A stretch of DNA of 64,000 bases from assembly GCA_037447605.1 (NCBI GenBank), contig CM074809.1:4144689-4208688 (forward strand), read 5' to 3'. Both the position numbers and the translations under genes were made by a program. This DNA comes from Zygnema circumcarinatum SAG 698-1b (Eukaryota; Plantae; Zygnematophyceae). The notes beneath the pieces are model-generated. The model had not been told where the DNA came from, ran no database searches, and saw only the letters and a program-made list of their open reading frames with translations. Positions 13,001 through 26,400 of the stretch are shown here, piece by piece (position 1 is the stretch's first letter; each line of letters starts with the position of its first letter).

Positions 13001-13403
13001 GGCCGCCAGTTCTCTTCTCCTCCAGTCTCGTCCGCCGTTTCCGCTCTCTTTCTCGCTTGATTCGCTTGGCGAGGGCGACGAGTAACTGGAGAATATCCAG
13101 CTCAGGCAGCACACTTCCCGAGACAGCGAAATTGTAAGCGGGGGAGTAGAGCAGAGGTGACTTGTGGATCATGATCAGTGGGAGGAAGTGATTGCGTGGT
13201 ATAGTGCAGCGAGGAGAGCGAATGGAAGAGGGTTTGGGAGCTTTTGGACAGCAATTTACAGCGAAATTTCTGCATTAGAGAGTGACACAGAGAGGAAATG
13301 AGAAACAGGAAGAAAGCACGGGGAGGAGCTAGGAGTGAGAGGAATGGATAACAGAGTGGCGCTGATGCACAGTATAGTGGAACTTGTGGCAGGTACGCGG
13401 GCG

Positions 13404-16400
13404 ATGGGGTCGGAGTACGAGGCCATGGATGATCAGAACAAGCCTTTGATGACGAAGGTGGCCCTCCCCCCCCTGTCCCTGATGGACGAGCTGCTGGACG
13501 TGGCGAAGCCCGTGAAGGACCTCCTGGTGGAGGAGGACGACCCCGTCCGCGCGTATCGCGGGAAGTCCTTTGCGGGGAAGCTGCGCGTGCTGCTCTTCAG
13601 CGTCTTCCCGCTGCTCGGCACGCTCTTCTCCTACCGCCGCGAGTGGATCATCGGTGACGTCATCGCCGGCTGCACAATCGCCAGCCTCGCCGTGCCGCAG
13701 GTGTGCCCCGTTCCGTCTCAGTTTTTGGAACCGCGGGGTGGCTGAGGGAGGAGGGGGGGCGTGCGTTGTGGATGGGGGAGGGAGATGTCGGCTACTGAGG
13801 AGAGGGAGGTGGACGGAATGGCAGGGGCGGGAGGATGGGAGAAGCGGGAAGAGGGAGAGGGGAGGGAGAAAGAAATGAGTGGGGCGGTAGGATAGGCAGC
13901 GAGGGAGGAGTGGGAATGGGGAGGTATAGGCTAGGAAGGCTCCAATTATTTTTCACCGGGAGTTTCCAGAGAAGTTAAGCTGTAAGAATTCCGAAAATTC
14001 GGATTCGTGGGATTCCTTTCTAATGGGCCTTTTATACTCACATGGAATGGTTCTCTGGAATGCAGGATCTGGCGTATGCCAAACTAGCGCAGATGCCTCC
14101 TGTGAACGGCCTGTGTAAGCCCACCGACCCTCTACCGTCTCGCTCTCCACTCTAGAGTGCGCTTCTCGCTGTTCTGCGTAACTGCGTCGTGTGATGATGT
14201 TGGCGATGCGAATGATGATAAATATGCACTGCGATGACGTCGGCGATGCAGACTCCAGCTTCACCCCCCCCCTGATATACGCCGCCCTGGGGTCCTCCCG
14301 CCACATAGCGGTGGGCCCCGTCTCAGTGGTTTCCTCTCTCATCGGGAACTTGGCCTCGGACTTCCTCAACTCGACCGTGTCGGGCCCCAAAGACCCCGTC
14401 ACGGGGAAGTCCACGAAGGTCCCCAATCAGGACTACGTCACACTTGTCATCACGGCCACCTTCTTCGCTGGAGTCATTCAGTTCGGCATGGGTTTCTTGA
14501 GGTCTCTCCCACCTCTCTCTCTCTCTCTCTCTCTCGCTCTCTCTCTCTCTCTCGGCCTCTCCCTTCCCCCTGCTGCCCCTCGTTACAGTTCCGTTCCGTT
14601 GTCTCGCTGCTGTTTTCCTACCCTAAAGGCGCTGTTGCCTGCTGCGCAGACTGGGGTTCGTGGTGGACTTTTTGAGCCACGCGGCGGTGGTGGGGTTCAT
14701 GGGCGGCGCGGCCATCACTATCGCGCTGGGGCAGATGAAGGGCTTCCTCGGGTACGACCAGTTCACGACCAAGACCGACATCGTGCACATCTTCCAGTCC
14801 TTCGTCGACTACCACGACCAGGTCCGCCCGCGCCTCCTCCCCTTGCGGCCGGACTTCGCCGCAGCCAAACTGCCAGACAATTTTTTGCTGAAGTTTTGGG
14901 GCCCGTCTGCGTGTTGCAGTTCAAATGGCGCGCCTTTCTCATTGGTCTTTGCTTTCTCATCTACCTTCTCATCCTCAAGTACACGGTGAGTTCTGCTCTC
15001 TTTCGGCTCTTGTATGCTGTTCAGGCGCCTGCATGCAGCATTGAAAGCTAATATAATACTATTCTGTTTGTACGTTTGCCATCGAAATTGCAGTCGCAAT
15101 ACTACAAAAAAAACAGACCTCTGTTCTTCATCAATGCTCTTGGACCTCTCACATGCGTCATTATTGCGACAGTTTGTGTTTACGCCACACGAGCTGACAA
15201 GCACGGAGTGAAAACTGTACGAAAACTTCATTTCCTTCCTGATGCTTATCCTAGCTGTTTTCCTTCATTCGAGTGGCTGCTTGTCTTCCTCAAATTTCCT
15301 AAGACTAAGGCTTTGCACTGCATGCTGATGCAGGTGGGCCACATCAAGAAAGGTATAAATCCGTCTTCTGTCGATCGGATTGTCTTTGGTGACTATTATG
15401 ATAAGGCAGGGAATGTTCTCGGAAACTTTGGAAAGGACGGATTCAAAGTCGGAATTGTGGCCGGCCTGGTTGCTCTCACGGTGAGTCTTTTTTTCCCTTT
15501 GAAGCGTTCTTCGTGAGCGTTCTGTTTCCCTTTCTCTTGTAGGAGATTGAGTGGCGGTTTGTAACCGCTCCAATGGAATTGTTTGGGAACTGCAGGAAGC
15601 GGTTGCCATTGGTCGAACCTTTGCTGCCAGGGAGGGCTATCACATCGACGGAAATAAAGAGGTATGGCAGATAACGGTTCCAAATACGCTCTTCTCCTTC
15701 GTAATGGATCACATTCAAAAGTCGAGTCGCTCATCCATTCTATTTGTTTGTGCAGATGATGGCATTTGGTGCAGCGAACCTGGTCGGATCGGTCACCTCC
15801 TGCTACGTCGTCACAGGTGAGGCGGGGGGGGCAGTTTCGAAACATTGGAGTTTGGTTTCGGCCCCGGTCGGCATAGGAGACGGCCATTTTAGGAGCTGCT
15901 TTCCTCACTGAAGATGTCCTGCACGTTTGCCGGCTGCAGGCTCGTTCTCCCGCTCCGCGGTCAACTACTTTGCCGGCGCCAAAACTGTCGTCAGCAACAT
16001 AGTCATGGCTATAGTCGTTCTGGTCACGCTGCTGGCCATCACGCCCCTGTTCAAGTATCTTCCTAATGTGAGCCTCTCTCTCCCTCTCTACCCTCTACCG
16101 CGCCCGCCGGCCGCGTCCTTCCGTTTTCCTACTCATGCAGACTTTGATTCTTCTGTTTGCCATGTGCAATTATGTTTGTTTGTCCCTTGCAGGCTGTACT
16201 CTCGTCGATTATCATCGCTGCTCTCTCTGGCCTGGTAAAGTCATTCAAGCCTCCTCTTTTAGCGTAATCGAAGCGACTGCCATTCTTCCAAATTGGATAC
16301 TACCTGCAGTGCCTGAGCGGGTTTTCCTTTGCCTGTTGGCAGGTGGATGTTCCCGCAGCTATCCAAGTGTTCAAGACGGACAAGTTCGATTTCATCGTCC

Positions 16401-17197
16401 TCTTGGGGGCGTTCTTTGGAGTTCTTTTTGTTTCCGTTGAGATCGGCCTTCTGATCGCAGTCGTGATTTCGTTTATTCGCGTGGTTCTGCAAGTGGCGCG
16501 GCCCCACACCGCCATTCTGGGGAAGGTCCCGGGCTCGAATGTGTTCCGCAGCGTGAAGCAGTATCCTCAGGCGGAGGTGGTGCCCGGCATTTTGGTGCTG
16601 CGAGTGGATGCCACGATCTACTTCGCCAACGCAAGTTACTTGCGGGAGAAGGTGGAGAGACTTGCCCTGCAGTACGAGAGTGGCAGTAAGGCAGACACTC
16701 CCCTGAAGGTGGGTCTACATGTCGTGAAAGTTTTAGAGTCTGGCTGCTCGTTTGTGCTCCTTTCGAATCAACCGCGTTTGTATGCGCCCTACTTATCAGA
16801 TTCAATCATTTTGCCGTTTCCTCTTGCTGCAGTATGTGATCTTGGAGCTCACTCCGGTAGCAGACATCGACACTACCGGTGTGCACGCTCTTGAGGAGTT
16901 GTATTCATCGTTGAAGAAGAACAATATTCAGGTGCGTTTAGAAGTGTGCTCAGACTCTCTGCAGCCGTTTCTTTGTGTATGTGCACTTAAGGGCTGGGCC
17001 TCAAACTGACGGACGCTCTGACTGCGGCCGTGATGCTTGCTGCGCAGCTCGCTCTGTCCAACCCCGGGAAGACCGTCCTTGTGAAGATTCAGAGGTCCGG
17101 CTTTGCGGACGAGCTGACGGACAGTTGGCTCTTCCTCTCTGTCAACGACGGCGTGCGGACCTGCGCCTCCCTCCTCGATAAGGGGGCGGAGGTGTGA
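13404..17197 (+). CDS. SULTR: Plant-type sulfate transporter (SLC26/SULTR) with C-terminal STAS domain, copy a
   Basis: 14 exons: 13404-13700, 14066-14114, 14252-14501, 14650-14821, 14920-14985, 15094-15216, 15334-15480, 15596-15661, 15756-15816, 15940-16067, 16193-16234, 16343-16708, 16833-16931, 17048-17197. Motifs include GDVIAGCTIASLAVPQDLAYAKLA, GSSRHIAVGPV, GSFSRSAVN and the STAS-domain IYFANASY..DIDTTG. Confidence 0.96.
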
Positions 17198-18322
17198 GGG
17201 GAGGGAGGGGGGTAAACTCTGCTCTGCTATGCAGGCAGACTAGGAATAACGACAGGGCGCTTATGGGCCCACTTTTGGAGGCGCCTATGGATGGGCTCAT
17301 AGCTGTAGGCGCTTCCGCATTTAGCACAAGTATCTATTCTCGGCTTGCTGCCGTTGTACCACATGGCCGACCATTGTTCCATTTTATTTCTAACCGATGT
17401 GCTATTAATTGGATTCGATTTTTGTTCCAAAGAGTTGCTCTTAGTAGTTTCAGCCGTGGTGGTGTTATTCGTGAGGTATTTGGATCGTTTGTTTTCCACT
17501 CTAGCTTTTTTCCTGTCCTTGGGTTTTTTGTGACCAGTTCCTCGTATTTCCCCGTGATGGTTCTATCCATGTACATTTGATTGTATCGCCATCGTGAGAT
17601 GAATGGCACATAATTTCCTATTTGAAGCCTTCGCAGCAACTGCGTCGTTGCACATTGCGTGCATCAAAATTGTGCCAAACTTAAAAAAACTGCAGACCTT
17701 GTGTACCACAAGCCTTTCGAAACCAATTTTATCTACTCGGTTGCCATTTGGTATAAGGATGTCCCAATTGATTACTCGTCCAGTGACAACGGATAGGCAA
17801 TGAGAAATCACTGCGTAATTGCTTAAAAAATTGTATGATGGTCGGACTGCATGTACTAACAACACACCGTTTCCCTCCATTGTGTATAGACGCATCCGTC
17901 CTTTTTCACATTCACCGTGAACTCTTCGTAAAAAATAGGCTAATTTGCAACTTCCAAAAAATTGACTTCACGCCTTTCTTCTCTTGATAACCTTAAAGAC
18001 TGTCTCATCCCTGTAGACATTAAAACTGCCAACCACTCATACGGTATTTTGATGCACGTATCCCTCTATTCAAGCATTCCGGCAAACCTAACTTCAATTA
18101 GAAGGTGTAAGGCCAAGTTCAGCCCTGTTCAGCCCTGACCAGTTCTGTTGTAAATCATCTTCTCCCTCTCTCAAGTACTTTATCCATTGCTTGACTTCGT
18201 CCCCCCAGAAGCTGTCCCTTTCCCAAAGACCCTGATATTCCTACACTTTTCGAGTCGCCCACAGATAATTCTCTCGTTCTCTCAATGCGCACGAATTGCT
18301 CGTGTATGACCTCGCAAGCAAT

Positions 18323-21300
18323 CTAGAAAACCGAGCGGACGGTTGAAGTTTTCCAAGATGACGTCGACATAGCTGCAACAACCTCTGCCTTCACTTGCGC
18401 AGGTGCGATGAAGCGTCTCAGAGAAGGTCCTCGGGAAGTCGGCTCTCGGAAGCTGACAGACTTCGGTCGTATCTTGCTCCCACGACTCACTCGAAACTCC
18501 TTTCCACGTTTCCCACTCAACCAACACTCATCTTCCTTCATGGTGCCTTGATGGCCAGGATCTTTGAAAGTTTTGGACCTCGTAATCGGCAGTGGCCAAA
18601 TCTCTTTCCTTTGTCTCTTTGCCTCGACATTGTCAGCTTCTCCCTGGTTCCCTTCCACCACGTCCCTCCCTTGAACATCCTTTATGCTCTCTACTGACTT
18701 TCCCTCTGTTGCTATGCCTACCTGCAGCTCCGTCCTACCATCTTCAGAACACACAGGCTTGACAATGAAATTTGCTCTCTGTCGTTTACTTCTTAGACGG
18801 AAATCCATCCTTTTCCCATCCGGTTCCTGCCTTCTCCTCTCAGATTTTAATCTCCTGTAACTCGCAGGGCCCTTCAGGTCCTTAGGACTTTCAGAGCAAC
18901 TGCACCTTTTCGATTCCTCGTCCCTCCGCATCACAACTACCACCCTTCTCCGCTTTCTCTTGACCACCTTCCTAAGATTTACTTTTTCATCATTCATTCC
19001 CTCTTCATTATCTGATCCATTATGAGCGAAAGCACACTCCACCACCGCCCCATCAATTCCTTTGCTATCTTCTCTACCCACTGTCGTCTCGACTCTCCTT
19101 CTGACCACACTGTTCTCTAAAATCTTGCCAGCAGTTCTGCTCTCCCTACCCGCCAACTCTGCATCAGAGTCTACACCTACCATTGCCCTTGAAATTACAG
19201 GCTTTCCGTCCATCGTTTTCCTCTTTTTGACCTCCCCCCTTGAATCACCTAAAAGCGCATTCTCCCAGGCCTGCAAAATCTTCATTGAAGCTCTTGACTC
19301 CTTCATGCCCTCACTCCCATGTCTTATTTCACTTTCTGCAGCATTCTCCACCTCAGAGTCTTTCCTGAAACCGCTTTTTATCCCTTCTACGTTGTCCTCA
19401 CCTCCCTCCTCGAGCCTACTGTCTTCCGGATCCTTACGTTCACCCTCCACCAGCCCGTCTTCTCTCAATACAAGTTCTAATCCCCCTTTCACCTCTAGAT
19501 TCGGGTTGTGACCACTATCCATTTCTTTCGCTTTCTCTTTTTCCCTTCCACCATTCTCTGCCAATTCGCCCATAACCACCTCCGCGCCTGACTCCTCCTC
19601 CTCCCCTTCCCCAGGCTGTGCTAGACCATCTCTCGTGCTAAATGCACAAGGCGTTCGCTCCTTCTCGTCATTTGTTGATAAAAAGGCATTTCCCTCTCTA
19701 ACGGACCTTAAGCTCGTCTCCCATTTCTGCCTTCTGCCTTCTAGCACTCCATTGCAGGGCCTTCTCTCTCCAGCCATGACAGGATCATCTCCTTCGCCCC
19801 TCACCCTACCTCCTATATGACCATCTGAACATGGCTCCATGGAGCTGTCACCTGCTCCAGATACCTTCCCCCTACTGACAGACGCCCCCAGCATGTTTTC
19901 ACTTGAAGCTCGGCAATGGAACACGACTCGGGTCCGTTTCCGCTGCTGGAATAGAGGAACCCCATATCCAGGGCCAACACTTCCCCTTTCGATTTCTCCT
20001 TGACCTCCTCCTGATTCTTCCTGACCACAAGTTTTCGAAAGGTTTTTGTAGAGATCGTCAATTGACCTCTTTTTCTGAGGTAATTTACCACGTAAGAGAC
20101 CTGGAATCGGGCCAATGAAGCATCTTCGCACCCCGCAAGGGCTGGAATCTACATGGCGGTGCACCCGCTTTCTACGTGCCACTTCTGGAACTCTCAGCAA
20201 TTCTCCGTCTTCTCCCTTGATCCACTTCCCTACCCCCATTTCCTCTTCTAAGGTATACCTCAATTCCTCCACTTTCATTCTCAAACAGTCAAAAAAGAGC
20301 ATCATCTCTCCTGTCGCGTCTACCTCCATTGAGCCATTGCCTCCTTCAGTCTTCCCATCTTCTAGTGCATCAGTAAGTTGAGATTTTTGAGCTTCCTGAT
20401 TACCGTGATCTTCTGCTTGCATCATACCTACGTCCACCTGCTTTTCTCCCTCGCTTTCCTTCTGGCCTTCTAGGGTTCCAGAACTTTCCCCTTTCACGGA
20501 CTTCCTGAGCCCCTCTTGGAACCCCTCATCCTTATTACTAATCCTTATCGGATCTATGACTTCAGCTTCCCTCTCAACGTAGAGCAACCCCTCGGGCTTT
20601 GAACTTGGCTCGTTTCTTCCTCCCTCTTCTGTCGGTAACTCGTCCAAAACCAGATCCATACTTTCTACCGGTTGGCCATTTGGGCGCTGCTCTGCGACAT
20701 CTCGTGACTCCTGACTACCACCCCCGTCGCATCTGTCTATCCCGTCTTCAGCTATTGTCAGCTTAGAAGTTGGCTCTATAGAAGCTACGTCCCAGCACTG
20801 CTCATCCAACTCTTCCACTTGCTTTTCTACAATTGTTTCTCCGAGCTTGCAGTTCTCTTCAGTGTGCATCCCACCCTCTATTCGGCCGTCCATAAGTTCC
20901 TGCATTTTATCAATTTGAACAATCTGAAAGGCGTCCATATGCAACCTGCCACTCTTCTCCTCTATTTCTTCCTCATTCTGCTGAATCCCCTCTTCAAGAC
21001 CGACAACCCTCTCCTCACTAAAATCCACAGTGCATTTCTCTGGAACACTTGTACAGCCTTCTATCCCATCCTCTTGGCCTAATGGCCCCGTAGGAGACTC
21101 GGCTGGGGAGCAGGTTGCTCCACTTTCGACCTCTTGAGTTTGATCGCCCTTTCCAGCCAGCTTCCTTTTCACTTCCTCTCTGCGCTGCTTACGTGGAAGC
21201 TTCACTTTTGACATCAATTGATGCTGCAAGCAGGGTATCACATTGTGGATATGAAATCCAATATCTACAGCAGAAAGGATTTCCACCTGCACTTGTGAAC

Positions 21301-21946
21301 GAAAACTTCCACATCGAATGATCTCGATTGAAAGGCGAGGTGAACACGATTCAAAATCTATCCGACCTCCCGCATCACTCACTTGCTTATCCTCGCCCTC
21401 GTCCTCTTCACGTCCACTGCCCCCTTCCCTCTTCCTCTTTGCTCTCTCCCCGTGTTCTTCTTCTTCCCCTCCGCTCTCCATTTCCATCGCGGTCCCTATC
21501 ATCACTACTCCTCGCTGCTTCTCTGCCGTCTCCCTCAATCTCCCTTCCCCTCTTATTATCCTTCTATCACTCCCACACCCTTTCGATTGGTGTTTCTCCC
21601 TCCTCCGTTCTCGATCCCCCTTATCTCTATTTGCACTGTTCGTCTGTCTCTCCGTCCTCCCTCCCCCCTCTTCTTTCCCCCCTCCTCTGTCATGCCCGTC
21701 CTTCTCTGCTCTGCCATTTGGCTTCCCCACTACCTTGGTTACTTCCATCTCCTTCACTGTCCTTCCTCTCCGCTCATCCCCTATGTTCGTCCTCGTCGCC
21801 TTATTCTCTGTTCTCACACTTCCCCCACGCTTCAGCTCGGAGCCCTTCCCAGCCCCCCTCTGCCCTCCCTCTTTCACATTCCCTGCGTACTTCCTTTGCT
21901 TCACCGTTTTCCTTCTCTGTTTTTCCTGCCTTTCTTTGCTCTTCAT
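18323..21946 (-). CDS. 1207-codon E/G/K/R-rich low-complexity ORF of unknown function (probably a large exon)
   Basis: Uninterrupted 3.6-kb ORF with a purine-rich sense strand, similar in composition to the large exons of the gene at 37554-44557. No recognisable domain. A possible upstream exon lies near 22710-22850. Confidence 0.6.
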   Translation of the reverse strand: MKSKERQEKQRRKTVKQRKYAGNVKEGGQRGAGKGSELKRGGSVRTENKATRTNIGDERRGRTVKEMEVTKVVGKPNGRAEKDGHDRGGGKEEGGGRTERQTNSANRDKGDRERRREKHQSKGCGSDRRIIRGEGRLRETAEKQRGVVMIGTAMEMESGGEEEEHGERAKRKREGGSGREEDEGEDKQVSDAGGRIDFESCSPRLSIEIIRCGSFRSQVQVEILSAVDIGFHIHNVIPCLQHQLMSKVKLPRKQRREEVKRKLAGKGDQTQEVESGATCSPAESPTGPLGQEDGIEGCTSVPEKCTVDFSEERVVGLEEGIQQNEEEIEEKSGRLHMDAFQIVQIDKMQELMDGRIEGGMHTEENCKLGETIVEKQVEELDEQCWDVASIEPTSKLTIAEDGIDRCDGGGSQESRDVAEQRPNGQPVESMDLVLDELPTEEGGRNEPSSKPEGLLYVEREAEVIDPIRISNKDEGFQEGLRKSVKGESSGTLEGQKESEGEKQVDVGMMQAEDHGNQEAQKSQLTDALEDGKTEGGNGSMEVDATGEMMLFFDCLRMKVEELRYTLEEEMGVGKWIKGEDGELLRVPEVARRKRVHRHVDSSPCGVRRCFIGPIPGLLRGKLPQKKRSIDDLYKNLSKTCGQEESGGGQGEIERGSVGPGYGVPLFQQRKRTRVVFHCRASSENMLGASVSRGKVSGAGDSSMEPCSDGHIGGRVRGEGDDPVMAGERRPCNGVLEGRRQKWETSLRSVREGNAFLSTNDEKERTPCAFSTRDGLAQPGEGEEEESGAEVVMGELAENGGREKEKAKEMDSGHNPNLEVKGGLELVLREDGLVEGERKDPEDSRLEEGGEDNVEGIKSGFRKDSEVENAAESEIRHGSEGMKESRASMKILQAWENALLGDSRGEVKKRKTMDGKPVISRAMVGVDSDAELAGRESRTAGKILENSVVRRRVETTVGREDSKGIDGAVVECAFAHNGSDNEEGMNDEKVNLRKVVKRKRRRVVVVMRRDEESKRCSCSESPKDLKGPASYRRLKSERRRQEPDGKRMDFRLRSKRQRANFIVKPVCSEDGRTELQVGIATEGKSVESIKDVQGRDVVEGNQGEADNVEAKRQRKEIWPLPITRSKTFKDPGHQGTMKEDECWLSGKRGKEFRVSRGSKIRPKSVSFREPTSRGPSLRRFIAPAQVKAEVVAAMSTSSWKTSTVRSVF

Positions 21947-23439
21947 GACATTCCCTTTTCTAACTCCGAGCTGTTTCTCTGCCCTTCCCTTCTCCTCTGC
22001 TCTGCCTCGCTTCTTTCGTTATCTTTCTCCCGTTCTCGCTGCTGTTGTTCCTATCAAATGTTTCTGTCCACGTTCCCTTACTTCTTTGCGAGCCATAACT
22101 CGCCTCTTTAAAGCTGTCAAAAGCCCTTTGTCTTCCTGCGCCGCTCCCTCTCCGTCTCTCGCTTTCTCCAGAGCTCTGTCGCCTGCTTTTCCATAGAAGC
22201 AAGAATAGGACCCCTACACCACGAGGAGAGCCTGCAAGCAGCCCAAGCTCACCTTTCCCTACAACGGCCCTGCAATTTGCGTGGTTTTAGAGCAATAAGC
22301 CCTAGCAAACTCTCCAAGATTACTCCCATGTGGCAATGCACAGACACTTTGAACAAACAGAGGAGGAAGCGAAGCTGCCATGACTGGCTACCTTTTCGGA
22401 AACATGTGTCGCCCTGCATTGCCCCATAAGTAGCGCCTTCCGTCCCCTGGCACCGGCGCTACTCCTCCCTCTCCTCCTCCCGCCCACCGTCATGAGCGAG
22501 GCCCTCCCCTACTCGCCGGCCCTACCGCACCTGCCGCACCGTATCACGTAGAGCGCATTGAAGCATTGAAGCAAGCAAAGCTCACTCGAGCGCTCGTTCT
22601 CTTCTGTTCTCGAGGAAAACGAGGCCTGAAATGGCCCCTCGAACACACGCAGAGATGAAGGCGGGCGCACGCGGACGGACGGACGACTATGGAGGCACTC
22701 ACTGGTGGCTTGCTCCCTCCCTGCTCTCCAGGCAGGCAGCGTACGGCGGACGGCTTTGAACAAGCCAAAGGGCGAAGCAACTGAGGGCTAGCGAGCTGTT
22801 CGAGGGGGTCCGGTTTCCTGTTCTCGTTTCCTTCGAGTTTCTTTCTGCAGGCGCAAACTCAAGTGATGACGAGATGCGCCTTCTCATCTCACGATCACGT
22901 TCAAGTCAACTGAAGTCGAGCCCGCGGCTCCCTCCAGCTCGCAGGTGGCGGGGAGGGCCCGCCCAGTGAGGCAGTGACCACGCCCTCGCGAGGGCGACTG
23001 CGATTGCAACGCACGGTAGTACTGAATGGCCCATCTTGCTCTCACGGGTGCCACGTGGCGGCCGTGGTTCAATGCGCACATGGTCACTTCTCGGAACAGT
23101 GCGCACCAATGCTGCTGACGTGAGCAAAACGTCAAAAATACATTTTGATGGCATGAAAGCGGACCCCTTTTCTATTGGACCTTTGGGTCCTTTGATTGAT
23201 CAATTCCTCGTGGTTTCCGATTACAATGATTTTGTCTACGCACATTATTCGATGGCATCATCGCCATCGTGATCAGCCTAATGCTTAAGTCTCTGCTTGT
23301 GATTGTGCCTCTAACAAGTTGGTTTCCTCGAAATTTTGGCTTGTGTAGCCCTGAATAAAATAAGAGGTCCAAGTTGAGACTAGAAGTTTAGACATAAGCT
23401 TATTTAACTTTTCCCTGCTTCGCCGCATCCACGGATTTA

Positions 23440-26400
23440 TCAGCAGTAAGAAACGTGAGAAAGGCCATTTATCTCGTGGGCTGCTCCGCGGCGGACTTCC
23501 TCCCCCGTCTGCAGCAGAGTGTGGCAGGTCTTGACGGCGTCATGGACGGAGAGGAAGAGCCAGCGCTCGCTCACTTCTGCAGCAAAGCTGCAACTTCGTA
23601 CCTTCACCAGCACGACCCTGGAAGGGTTGCAGATGACAAGCTGCAATGCAAGTACGATCACTCCTCAGTCTTTTCGATAGAGACCAAAGGAAATCTAACA
23701 AGGCTAACATACTCAAAACAATTGGCTTCGAAATCGATTCATCGGTTGCACGCACCTGCACATTTCTCCTTTCTAGGGCTGTGTAGAGGTCCTCCAAGGC
23801 ATTCAAGCCTGTTGTATCGATGTCAACAACTGACGTAAGGTCCAGTATCACGAACTGCACAGAGACTCAGAAATGCTTTTGTTGCGTCAGAACCAATTCT
23901 ATGCATGTCAGACTCAGAGGAGCACATACTCCAATCTTACATGTATGTCTGAGCAGAACAATTTCCTACCTGCAGCGCCACCTTGGAGACTTCATCATCC
24001 ATGTAATGCTCGACGAGTATCTCAAGTCTATCGCGCAAAAAGTTTGCATTTGCAAAGTGGATGCTCGTATCCAGCCGCAACACTAAAATCCCGTTCACAG
24101 TCTCCGCTTCTGGATATTGTGCCACGTTGCGGTACAAAGTGGTGCCGGGCACTTGACCTAAAATGACAGTGTGGGGCCGCGCAGCTTGCAAAAATATCCG
24201 CAAAAGGGAGGCGACCACTGCGACAAGGAGCCCGATCTCAACAGACACAAATAGGACTCCGAAAAAGGTTCCCAAAAGGATGACGAAATCTAATTTGTCC
24301 GCCTTCCAAATCTTGATTGCGGTCGGCACATCAACCTGGAGGAGGAAAAAACCACGCAAGTGAGTGGCTGTCAGTTTGTAAAGGTATCCGTTCTCGCAAT
24401 CGTTCCCAGAACGGGTTTTTTCTGTTTCGAAGGTAAAGTGAGGTAAAGTTTCCAGGGATATGCTGCTTGTTGGAGTAGCAGAGCTTACCAGGCTGGATAG
24501 GGCAGAGATAATGATTGCTGACAACACCGCCTGCACCAACAAAAAGGACCGACAACGCGATGGTAAGAGGAGTGCGATTCTTTCGCATGATGGGTTGATG
24601 ATGATGTAATAGTTTTGTTTCCAATCTGGAGAGAATCCAAAAAGTTCTTATGCTGACAAGCAGCTGAGAGAAGCTGACAAGCGCTGTAAGGACAGTTGCT
24701 TATGCGGCTTCCAGAACTTACGAATATGGCCCAAGCCATTCACTTACAATGGGAAGGTACCTAAACAAAGGGGTGATGAACAAGAGCGTGAATAGAACCA
24801 GCACGGCCATCACAACATTGCTCATCACAGTTTTTGCACCGGCGAAATAGTTCACGGCGGTGCGCGAGAAGGACCCTGCCAGCGTGCAGGGAGGTGGAGG
24901 TTAGAGCCAGCGAGCAAAAGCAATGCAGAGGACAGGCTGAAGTCATTCATTCAGTTTCCCCTCCTCACCGGTAACAACGTAGCCAGAAGTCAAGGATCCG
25001 ACCAGGTTTGCTGCACCAAATGCCATCATCTGCACATGGGTCCACGCAGGACGCATCAGATCGCGTTCAAAGGGACGCCCGTACAAGGCTTGTAATGCGA
25101 GGCTTCTGCAGTCTTCGGCGGTAGATAAACCTCACCTCCTGGTTACCACTTATGCGATAACCCTCCTTCGCTGCAAAGGTTCGTCCAATTGCCACAGCCT
25201 CCTGCGCCAAAATCCACAGAAAACACTATTTGAGAACTCTAAGCTCGACCTTAAAAAGTCCAGGAAAGCTCAACACACACCCCCCCCCCCCACAACCCAG
25301 AGCGCTTGCAGCACGTGCTAAGAAACAGAGGAGGCAGTAAAGAGCTTACTGTGAGGGCAATAAGGCCAGCCACAACCCCCACTCGAACCGCATCGGTTGC
25401 GAAATTTCCCAGTTTGTTCCCGCCTGAGTCGAAGTAGTCGTCAAAACGAATCCTATGTAAGGAAGATGGAGTAATACCCCTCGTGATTACTCCCACCTGC
25501 AAAAAAAAGAAAAATCCGTTACAGGACTCAGAATGAGGCCAGACAGCAGCACGAGCCCGATAAGAAAGAAAACGGTTCTGGTGAGGAGTTTCTGAGGGAA
25601 GGGGGATGAAAAGTACCGTCTTCAGCCCCTTCTTATCAGATCTTGTTGCATATACACAGGCTGTTGCGATAATAACGCTCGTTAGGGGTCCAAATGCGTT
25701 GATGAAGAAGAGAGCTTTGTTCTTCTTGTAGTGCTGAGACTGCATCCACCAACATTGTATGGTGAATGAGAGTTCGAAGTCCAAGCTATTCTCACCACCA
25801 AACACGGCTTTCCAATACTAGCAATGATGCATTTCGAAACTCTTATGTTGTTTGGAGGAAGAAGACGCATACAGAGTACTTGAGAATAAGGAGGTAGACG
25901 AGGAAGCAGAGTCCGATAACGAGAGCGCGCCAGTTGAACTGCAAACATGACAGCAAGAATCAGAGCTGTACAATAATCTGATCTTGTACGCGTAATCAAC
26001 AAAATGCGCTCATGACTACCTACTGCAAAGTGATCAACGCCTACTCAGTGATTAGGAGGCTTGGCATGGACTGAAGCCGCTCCAAGTTCGTTTCCTCAAA
26101 AATTCTTCCATTCTCGATTGTGATTCAAAAAACACGTCTTTCAGCGCATAACTTGATCTCATGGCACCCCTGTACTGTACCTGTTCTCGATTTGCGATGA
26201 TGACTTCCACGATGCTTACAATGTCTGTCTTTTTGGTCCAGTTCACATACCCCACCAGACCCCAAATTTGTCCGAGGGATATGGTGACGGCCGCTCCAGC
26301 CATGAAGCCCACTACGGCCGCGTGGCTGAGAAAGTCGACCACGAACCCCAGTCTGGAACACAGGGCAGCAGGAGCCACCCCAAGTTAAACCAAGTCCAAA

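Noticed and set aside
10760-13170. Many 100-200 aa ORFs on both strands
   Set aside because: GC-driven spurious ORFs with no domains or splice pattern.
21318-22196. Plus-strand S/P/L/F-rich ORFs
   Set aside because: Antisense shadows of the purine-rich minus-strand ORF.
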